Assembly (NCBI RefSeq): GCF_036588685.1
Contig: NC_086380.1
Coordinates: 37,944,001-38,008,000 of the forward strand
DNA length: 64,000 nt
Source of the DNA: Mytilus trossulus
Taxonomy: Eukaryota
Direction: 5' to 3'
Numbering within the stretch: the first letter of the stretch is position 1; every line of letters begins with the position of its first letter. The notes under the pieces were generated by a model. The model worked only from the letters and a program-made list of their open reading frames with translations. It was not told where the DNA came from and searched no databases. Shown here piece by piece: positions 12,963-21,528 of the stretch. The position numbers were made by a program, and so were the translations under genes.

Positions 12963-14949
12963 AGATCATAACAGTGACATTTTCAAGGTACAAGATTATG
13001 ATATTGTTGAAACATTTTATGAATATGAAAATTGTAATTCTGATATTTATGTTAAAGGTCGTTTGAAAAAATCTATTAACTTTTGGAAACAAATTAATGC
13101 TTCAGATTTCATTTTGAATGTTATTACAGATGGTTACAAAATTCTTTTGCTTAACGAGCCTGAAGAAATATTCTTAAGAAATAACAAATCAGCATTTGAT
13201 AACAATGAATTTGTCTCGAAAGCTATTTTAGATTTAATGAAAGGGGGCTTGATACGAGAGGTATCGAGTAGACCGCACGTGGTTAATCCTTTGACCGTCT
13301 CGACTGCGAAAAATAAACACAGGTTAATTTTAGATTTACGACATGTAAACAAACAGGTAGTCGATAGCAAGATTAAATTTGAAGATTGGAAAGTAGTTAA
13401 ACAGTATTTATCTTCTAATTGTTTCGGATTCGTTTTTGATAAGAAATCAGGATATCATCATATTGATATTTTTAACGAACATCAGAAATATTTAGGTTTC
13501 TCCTGGAAATTAGGAGGTGTAACAAAGTTTTTCGTTTTTACTGTACTTCCTTTTGGTTTGAAATCTAGCGGATATATCTTTACTAAAGTAGTTAGACCTT
13601 TAGTAAAACATTGGCGAAAGAAAGGAATCAAAGTCGTTGTTTATTTAGATGACGGGTTCGGTTTAGCCGATAATGAAAACACATGTAAAATGCATTCTGA
13701 TATAGTAAAGTCAGATCTTATATCATCGGGGTTCGTACCAAACAGAGATAAATGTCACTGGACACCAACACAAACATTAGAGTGGTTAGGTTTTATATGG
13801 AATTTAGACATATGTAAACTAGATATACCAGATAGAAAAAAGAATGATTTAATTGACTTAGTTAATGTTATACTTAACAGTTCCTGCAAAGTGAAAGTAA
13901 GATTGTTAGCAAAAGCAGCTGGTAAAATCATTTCTTTTACGCCTGCTTTAGGTCACATTACACAGATCATGTCGAGAGGTTTGTTTGAAGTTATAAATTT
14001 AAGACAAGATTGGAACCAATCTATTAATATAAATCATTGTAACGCTTGTATCAGAGATCTGATATTTTGGAGAGATAGCATTTGTAAGTTAGAACCAGTT
14101 TCTTTGTTAGGATTGGATTCTGAATTTTACATATTTACAGATGCAAGCAATACAGGGGCTGCTGGATATATTGATAATCTAAAACAGATTATGCATAAAT
14201 CTTGGTCTGACGATGAGAAATTAAAGAGCTCCACTTGGAGGGAAGTCAAAGCAATAGAGTTGTCTATATTAAGTTTTGCACGTTTGCTTAAACATTGCAC
14301 GGTATCGTTTTATACAGATAATCAAAACGCTGTAACAATAGTTCACAAGGGTAGTAAAGTACCAGAATTACAGTCTTTAGCTTTATCAATATACGATTGT
14401 TGTCGTAAAAATGATATTACTATTTTTGTTAACTGGATTCCAAGGGAACAGAATGAACAAGCAGACATGCTAAGTAGAATTGTCGATATTAACGACTGGC
14501 GTATTTCAGATGAATTTTTCACATTCTTGAATGATTTATGGGGTCCATTTTCAGTGGATAGGTTTGCTAGCTTTGAAAATACGAAATTACAAAAGTTTAA
14601 TTCTTTGTATTGGAACCCAGGTTCTTTATGCGTCGACGCTTTCACGTGCGACTGGTCCGGTGGGAACAACTGGCTAGTACCTCCAGTAACTGAGGTTAGC
14701 AGAGTTATAAATCATTTAGTAAAATGTAAAGCTAAAGGAACTTTGATAGTTCCGAATTGGCCTTCATCGCCATTTTGGCCGTTGATTTTTGACACTGGTC
14801 TAAAATATAGAAAGTACATAATTGATGTGCTTCAGTTCAACGAACCAGAGAGAATTTTCGAATCTGGAAATAATTTGAACTCTGTTTTTGTGAGAGTAGA
14901 TTTCAAAGGATCTGTATTAGCTGTTTTGTTAGACGCTTCATATTGTTAA
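12598..14949 (+). CDS. pol: Pol: reverse transcriptase, RNase H and C-terminal DNA N6-adenine methyltransferase-like domain (overlaps gag; true start uncertain)
   Basis: RT motifs RLILDLR, FD.KSGYHH, VLPFGL, YLDDG, WLG; RNase H FTDAS, SSTWRE, YTDNQN, WIPREQNEQAD; MT-like DRFAS...VDAF..DW...NWLVPP...GTLIVPNWPS.PFWP. Confidence 0.93.
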   Translation: MNTFQMKWPVTRKTRKEYAPQVTGQLKRSKQRKQINAAVESVRQKHLVQQLKWHIMVQVVLMLHFACSPFEGAWPPAAKVSATKIASRPQTSVTTVACKGTGQETAGRERQGQDLPEDLLLKDHNSDIFKVQDYDIVETFYEYENCNSDIYVKGRLKKSINFWKQINASDFILNVITDGYKILLLNEPEEIFLRNNKSAFDNNEFVSKAILDLMKGGLIREVSSRPHVVNPLTVSTAKNKHRLILDLRHVNKQVVDSKIKFEDWKVVKQYLSSNCFGFVFDKKSGYHHIDIFNEHQKYLGFSWKLGGVTKFFVFTVLPFGLKSSGYIFTKVVRPLVKHWRKKGIKVVVYLDDGFGLADNENTCKMHSDIVKSDLISSGFVPNRDKCHWTPTQTLEWLGFIWNLDICKLDIPDRKKNDLIDLVNVILNSSCKVKVRLLAKAAGKIISFTPALGHITQIMSRGLFEVINLRQDWNQSININHCNACIRDLIFWRDSICKLEPVSLLGLDSEFYIFTDASNTGAAGYIDNLKQIMHKSWSDDEKLKSSTWREVKAIELSILSFARLLKHCTVSFYTDNQNAVTIVHKGSKVPELQSLALSIYDCCRKNDITIFVNWIPREQNEQADMLSRIVDINDWRISDEFFTFLNDLWGPFSVDRFASFENTKLQKFNSLYWNPGSLCVDAFTCDWSGGNNWLVPPVTEVSRVINHLVKCKAKGTLIVPNWPSSPFWPLIFDTGLKYRKYIIDVLQFNEPERIFESGNNLNSVFVRVDFKGSVLAVLLDASYC

Positions 14950-15179
14950 TATTAAGTCTTTTTATTTACAGAATTGTTTTTACTATATGAATATTGATGT
15001 AATATGTGTGTGTTGGAAGTCACTGGACGTTATACTCTTTGGTCACTGGACTAAATCTTTTAGTAATACTGTATGGTCACTGGACCTGATTGATATGCTT
15101 TGATTCAGGTAAATATGTTATGTAATAGAATTTTTATCTTTTTACAAAAAGATTGTAATTACTGTATATCTATTTTTAG

Positions 15180-16196
15180 AACATTTTTTCGACTGGATTC
15201 TGGTCACAGTTAAGTTTGGTTAAGCACACAGAACTCAGATTACTTTACTCAAATCTAAATGCAACTGTCTTAGATTCGAGGGCCAAGACAACTGTTACAA
15301 AATATATTGGAGGTTTCAAACGTTTTCTAAAGTGGACACAAAAATACAAAGAGATAACTTCAGTACTTCCGTGTAATAAACTTTATGTGGGTTTATACTT
15401 GCAACATTTGATAGAGTCATCCGAAGGTTTTAGTTCAGTAGATACAGCATTTTATAGTATAAAATGGGCTCATCGTATTGCTGGCGTAACTGATCCATGC
15501 GAATCTGAACTAGTCAAGAGTATACTAGAAGGTGCTAAGAGAATACTATCTCGTCCGAAAAAGAAAAAAGAACCAGTTGACTCGAATTCGATGATTAAAC
15601 TGTTTGATAAATATCAAGATCGTAATTCACTAAAAGAAGTGCGTTTATTGTTAATGTGTTCGTTAATGTATACAGGATTTTTGCGTTTCAATGAGTTATG
15701 CAACATCACAGCTAAAGACATAGTTTTTCATACTTCGCATGTCAACATTTTTATTCGTAAGAGCAAAACAGATTGTTATAGACATGGTAATAATGTTGTC
15801 ATTTCTAGATTAGATAGTTCTTACTGTCCTGTAAAGCTTTTGCAAAGTTATCTAGTTTTAGCTAAGATTGAGAATAATTCTGAATTCTTTATATTTCGTG
15901 CATTGTCTTTTTTAAAGAAAACTAATTCTTTTATATTGAGAAGAAAAAATGTAAAAATTTCGTATACTCGAGCAAGAGAGTTAGTCAAAGAGGCCTTATC
16001 ACAAATCGGTTTGAATGTAAACAAATTTGGTTTACACAGTTTCAGAGCAGGCGGTGCCACAGCGGCCGCTAAACATGATATACCAGATAGACTTTTTAAA
16101 ATACATGGAAGATGGAAATCTGATTTAGCTAAAGATGGTTACGTATCAGATAGTTTAGAAAAACGATTATCAGTTTCTAAGAATTTAGGTTTATAA
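15180..16196 (+). CDS. Tyrosine recombinase (YR); frame opens directly after TTTTTAG at 15173-15179
   Basis: Catalytic residues present: FLRFNE (R), KSKTD (K), HSFRAGGAT (HxxR), HGRW, and DGY (Y). No ATG near the 5' end of the frame. Confidence 0.93.
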   Translation, partial: NIFSTGFWSQLSLVKHTELRLLYSNLNATVLDSRAKTTVTKYIGGFKRFLKWTQKYKEITSVLPCNKLYVGLYLQHLIESSEGFSSVDTAFYSIKWAHRIAGVTDPCESELVKSILEGAKRILSRPKKKKEPVDSNSMIKLFDKYQDRNSLKEVRLLLMCSLMYTGFLRFNELCNITAKDIVFHTSHVNIFIRKSKTDCYRHGNNVVISRLDSSYCPVKLLQSYLVLAKIENNSEFFIFRALSFLKKTNSFILRRKNVKISYTRARELVKEALSQIGLNVNKFGLHSFRAGGATAAAKHDIPDRLFKIHGRWKSDLAKDGYVSDSLEKRLSVSKNLGL

Positions 16197-16226
16197 CATT
16201 TTCACTGACTGCTTTCTTTGTACGTC

Positions 16227-16402
16227 GAAATGGTCACCGTGCCTGTTAGTATCAGAACTATTCTTGTCTTATTTATATACATATATACAATATGAGTTAG
16301 TTAAGAACAGAAATTAGAAGCAGAGTTGTACAAGAAAAATAGAGCAAGTTAGCACATAAATATGTTATGTTCGTTTGAACATCGTGAATTAAGAACATAA
16401 AT
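16227..16402 (+). repeat. Split direct repeat B1 (176 bp; B2 at 16748-16923)
   Basis: GAAATGGTCACCG...AAGAACATAAAT; no mismatch to B2 seen by eye. Confidence 0.95.
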
Positions 16403-17779
16403 AAATTTATGTGCGGTATGCGTATGAATTTTCGGATCTATTTTAGTCTATTGTTTAACAATAGAATAAACTAGTTATGCAAATTAGTAAGGTATATAAT
16501 AGATAGAAAACGGGTTTTTAAGTTTATCGAAGGCTGGGCGGTGACCACTCGACTTGCAGACAATTTTTTTAGTGTATTGTTAAATGTGTATATATAGTAT
16601 ACTGATTTGTAATGTTTATTTTATAGATTTGATATGATGAAGTGTTTACGCAGAGATGTTTAGGACATTATTGTTTGATGAAATGAACTGAAAAGACATT
16701 TATAGAAAATTGATTACTAGTAGATTGTGAATTATGATGAATAAATAGAAATGGTCACCGTGCCTGTTAGTATCAGAACTATTCTTGTCTTATTTATATA
16801 CATATATACAATATGAGTTAGTTAAGAACAGAAATTAGAAGCAGAGTTGTACAAGAAAAATAGAGCAAGTTAGCACATAAATATGTTATGTTCGTTTGAA
16901 CATCGTGAATTAAGAACATAAATGTATTTTAGGGCGTTTCTTTAAACAGTGTGAATGGTAATAGATCTAGAATAGTTACCAGTTTATTGTTACTACTGTT
17001 TATTGTTACTTTTGTTTTTTGTTACTTTTATTTATTGTTACATTAGTTTTTTGCTTTTATTAGCCTTACCTATATTCTTACGAAGCATTTGACGAACTGA
17101 AAAAAACACAAATATATATGATATATATGTATATTGATAAATTACATCAGAAGGCATAACATGTAGATCATCACAGTCGGTAATGGTTTAATTACAAAGA
17201 TTTGTTTATAGATTTTAAAACAAATATTTTGTGCTTCAGAAAAATGCATGACAATTAGGTTAGGCTTATTTTTGTTTCCATTTAATAGAAAAGTACTAAT
17301 TATATGGCAAGTATGCAAGTACAAAAAATGTTCCTTGTTTAGTACCTTCAATATTTTTCTCTACAATATCTTCCATGCATATGTATGCAGCATACTTTTC
17401 ATATACCAAGTATTTATGAATTTTTGAATTAGTTTGTTACTAATATGGTGGAATATGCGTCAGTTTTTCTCAACGTTGCAGTCATTCTTTGAATAAGTAT
17501 TTCTTGTAAGAAAATTTAAAGCCACATCAATTTTTTTTTGATTTTCGGGCTTTTGGCCAGACTATAAAAGAACAAAAATCCATGTTTGCCGATGAACTCC
17601 ACGTTAGAATGTGCCTAACTGCATAACACAAAGCATCCCAACATTTCTCTAGCCTTATATAGCATTAAATGTTTTAAGAATGTCATATTATTATTATAAT
17701 GCAAAATTTAATTGGTGTTGTTTCTAGTTATTTTCTGAGATATCGAAATTTCAGTGACGGTCATGAAGTAGCTAATATT

Positions 17780-17933
17780 AAAAAGAAGATGTGGTATGAT
17801 TGCCAATGAGACAACTCTCCACAAGAGACCAAAATGACTCAGAAATTAACAAATATAGGTCACCGTAGGGCCTCCGACAATGAGCAAAGCCCACACGCAT
17901 AGTCAGCTATAAAAGGCTCCGAAATGACAATGT
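17780..17933 (+). repeat. Abundant SINE-like dispersed repeat (AAGAAGATGTGGTATGATTGCCAATGAGACAAC...)
   Basis: Related copies at ~21660-21775, 24358-24440, 42552-42685, and inverted at ~28350-28490 and 44650-44765. Confidence 0.7.
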
Positions 17934-18222
17934 AATGCTGAGTTCACACGTAATTCGAATTCGATTCGCATTAACTAATTCGAATTCGCATTCGAAACGT
18001 TTAACGTTCTAACGTCAGTTCTAATTCGAATTGGAATACGCATCAAATTCGCTTTACCGTCCTAACGACGTTAACTTTTAATTCGGATTAACAAAAACGT
18101 ATTTCTAATGCGAATTAGGTAATTCGAATTAGTCAATTCGAATTAAAAAAGGAGAGTGTGGGAACGCGATTAGCGTATTCGATTCGCATTCGATTCGAAT
18201 TCAATTAGAATTAAAGTTACGC
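17934..18222. repeat. MITE-like block of palindromic AATTCGAATT/TTCGCATT micro-repeats
   Basis: Begins GCTGAGTTCACACG and contains many TTCGAA/TTCGCA units in both orientations; no clear second TIR. Confidence 0.55.
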
Positions 18223-18551
18223 TTGAAGGGTCAATCTTAGTGATTAATAGTCCAAAATGTTCAAGTGCACCAACACAAAAGGTTAATGAAGGCAAATATA
18301 GGTGCAAGCAACTGAAAGACTTAAGTTGATCTTTTACACAAAAAATACATCGGTTTTAAATATTTCACTTATTCATTTATTTAAATATTTTCTTTAAAAT
18401 TGCCTCTTTGGCCATTCCCATATTTTGTGACATTTCTAGTTCTTGGAAATTCCTGTATATTAACATAGTTCGTGTTTTCCCCATTTCCAAACTTCTTGAA
18501 GCTTGTTAATCCTTCCTATTTTATGATATACTAGTATGTAGCTGTTTTCAC

Positions 18552-20343
18552 TAGAGGTCGGTCATTTAAAGACGTATCAACCGTGTCATATACGTTGACG
18601 TATCCGCATCTGCAGATATATAAAAAAAAACGTATATGATCCCGAGCTTTGGAAATATCGAGTTTTTTGTGGAATATGTAACCCTACTTTTAAAGATATT
18701 CCTGATAGTTGGAACAGTTTATAGGCATGATAGGAGTGAATACGGTAAAAATCGTTTGTTTGTGTATGAACTTGTGCTCACGTAGAACCAAATGATTAAT
18801 TGACAAATAGAGTGATACTCAGTACTGTCTGTTACCTTTTATAATAAAATCGCAAATGAACAATATTTAAAGTTCCTTACATGTATATAAGTAGTACTTT
18901 TGATGTTTTTTTTCTGTGTTTATTCATATAAGATCTTGAAATATTTTTTAACTAGATTATTAAAGGATTGTGTACGAAATTCGTGTACCTGCCAAACATT
19001 GGCGCCATTTTAAGGGCATGTAAAAGTAGTTGATGGAACCCCTTATTTTTTTTTTACAAAACACCACTATCACAAATATTGAAAGTGTATGTTTATTCAT
19101 GTAAGAACTTGAAATATACTATTTTGATCTGAGCGTCACTGATGAGTCTTATGTAGACGAAACGCGCGTCTGGCGTATGAAATTATAATCCTGGTACTTT
19201 TGATAACTATGTTTGATTGTTCCGAAGAGATTCCAATATTTTTTTTTATATGAAGTATGGTCTTATTAATAAGCTCGGGATCACATAATATTGTTTATAT
19301 ATCTGCAGATTCAGATACGTCAACGTATACGATACGTATCAACCGTATCGTAGAGCATTTGCATCAATCAAGTATTTGATGGCGTATCCGTATCGACGTA
19401 TCGTATAACACGTATATGAGGAAAAGATAGATTAAGTAAAGTTGGTCCCGATGAAAATATTATTTAATGCATTAAATTTTAAATCAGATCGGGGTAAAAT
19501 CATTATTTTCGACAAATCTGTTCGATACGTATACGTCGATCCGTGCACGTATCCTGATACGTGAATAATGCAAATGCTCTCGTTAGAGGTCGGTCATTTA
19601 AAAACGTATCAACCGTATCGTAAACGTTGACGTATCTGCATCGAGCTTAAGAACACTTTACGTTCGAAACAATCAAACATTCACTTTCAAAATTTGCAAT
19701 AGTGGTGTTTTGTAAAAATAATGATAATAAGGTCTATCAACTACTTTTACATGCCCTTAAAAAGGGGCCAATGTAGGGCAGGTACACGAATATCGTACAC
19801 AATCCTTTAATATTCTAGTTAAAAAATGTTTCAAGTTCTTCCATGAATAAACATACACAAAAAAATCAAATGTACTACTTATATACATGTAACATTGTAA
19901 GGAACATTGAATATTGTTCATTTGCCGTGTAATCATAAGAGGTAATAGAAACACCAGATGTCTTCAGATGTCATATAAATACATGTACATTTAATAAAAC
20001 AGTACTGAGTATCACTCTATTTGTCAAATAACAATTTGGTTCTACGTGAGCCCAACTTAACACACAAATAAACTATTTTGCCGTATTCACTCCTATCATG
20101 CATGTAAACTGTTCCAACTATCCGGAATATCTTTAAAAGCCGGATTATATGTTCCACAAAAACTCGATATTTCCTAATTATTTTATTATTTTTAGCATTA
20201 GAAATTAATCAGTTGCTCATTTGCATTATTGAAAGTACATAAAATTAAAGCTCGAGATTACATACTGTTTTTTGATAAATCTGCAGATGCGGATACGTCA
20301 ACGTAAACGATACAGTTGATACGTCTTAAATGACCGACCTCTA
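18552..20343. mobile_element. Fold-back of two oppositely oriented hAT-like MITE copies (TAGAGGTCGG ends) around a related 230-bp MITE
   Basis: TAGAGGTCGGTCATTTAA at 18552 and 19584, with its reverse complement ending at 20343; 18651-19090 is the reverse complement of ~19680-20175; central TAGAGCATTTGCAT...ATGCAAATGCTCT at 19351-19580. Confidence 0.8.
19133..19176 (+). ncRNA. Minimal type I hammerhead ribozyme (retrozyme/Penelope-associated)
   Basis: Helix I GCGTCA/TGGCGT; core CTGATGA; helix II GTCT-tatgt-AGAC; GAAA; minimal helix III AC-gcgc-GT; GTC cleavage triplet ending at 19170. Confidence 0.88.
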
Positions 20344-21089
20344 TTACTAGAGATATTTCACATACGTCAACATGACAGTAGCCGAACGATAAAAAAAACC
20401 TCTGAGGTATATTTTGTGATAAAATTAGCAACAAACGGACTTTATCGATGGATGAAGCTATACAAAATGTATCAAGCTATATATCGTACCCACTCAGTGG
20501 CGTATTCCAAAAAAAGGGGGGGGGGTTCCGGGAGTTGGACCTCCTTTTTTGAACGATCAATACATTTGAATGGGGACATGTAGTTGGAACCCCCATCCCT
20601 TTTGTCCTGGGTTAGGACCCCCTTTTTTAAATGGTTGGATACGTCCTGCCGTTCGCATTACACTTATTTTTAGCATACTGAATATTATAATGTTCTAGCT
20701 TTCAGTTCAGGTCCTGATAAAAAATTTTACACATCCATCACAGAAAGAAGTTTTTCAATGAAAGTTTCCGTGTTTTTCGAGGCAGAAATGATTTTGGAAT
20801 GACATTATGCAGGTTTAAAAGAGCTAAAAAAAATCATAGTGGACAGTGGTCATTTCATCTGCAATTTCACTGTTTCAGGTCGTAAAATTATTGCACTGGT
20901 ACAATGCATAACAATGGGGAAAAAAACTGTTCAACAACTTTAACAAGGCGAAAAAGAAAGTCGAATAGTGAAGCCCGTAAACAATACTTTTTTAATCTGA
21001 GCATGCAAATTGAAGATTATGTTATATATTTTACAATAATCACATTCGCAGAACAAAAACATATATTTTGAGAATCCCAGTCACTGTAT

Positions 21090-21272
21090 TAGACTGTTAT
21101 TAAAGTGAGAGGGTTAGCGCTATAGAACCAGGTTTAATCCACCATTTTCTACATTTGAAAATGCCTGTACCAAGTCAGGAATATGACAGTTCTTGTCCAT
21201 TCGTTTTTGATGCGTTTTGTTTTTTGATTTTGCCATGTGATTATGGACTTTCCAAATTTTGTATTTTACTTT
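21090..21272 (+). repeat. Dispersed SINE-like repeat (AAAGTGAGAGGGTTAGCGCTAT...AATCCACCATTTTCTACATTTG)
   Basis: Longer copies at ~24900-25208 and ~42350-42800 (the latter interrupted by the 17780-type repeat); inverted fragment at ~59640-59800. Confidence 0.7.
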
Positions 21273-21528
21273 TCAGTTGACAGTGCTTCCACTAATTCCA
21301 CGTGTTTTCCGGTTGTAGTTAACTCGTAGTAGCCCACTATGCATTGTAGCTCATTGAGTCGATTGGTCAGTTTTTCAAGGCCGTATTGGCCTTGTGTTTG
21401 GGAAATTACTATGAAAATATATTCTGACGTAAAGAAATCTAGAGTTCTCGACCTGTTTAAGATGTTGTGTTTACGTGTACATGGTGTAACATGTTAAAAT
21501 TATTTCAAAATACATTAAAATCTTAATC

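Larger units (their letters stand above)
11969..16923 (+). mobile_element. Full-length PAT-like (DIRS group) tyrosine-recombinase retrotransposon with split direct repeats
   Basis: Arrangement A1(11969-12136)-gag-pol-YR-B1(16227-16402)-A2(16401-16568)-179-bp spacer-B2(16748-16923). No TSD; only AT is shared at the ends and the junction. Confidence 0.93.

Noticed and set aside
12473-16060. Minus-strand ORFs of 70-108 aa within the YR retrotransposon
   Set aside because: Antisense shadows of gag, pol and YR with no motifs.
15180-16196. YR as a phage integrase, bacterial contamination or Crypton
   Set aside because: It lies within split direct repeats together with gag and RT, typical of DIRS-group retrotransposons.
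19118-19210. ACTAT flanks as a TSD of the hammerhead fragment
   Set aside because: Similar sequence occurs at the ends of the 43860-43948 copy (TATTTTGATCTG, GATAACT), so it is probably part of the element.
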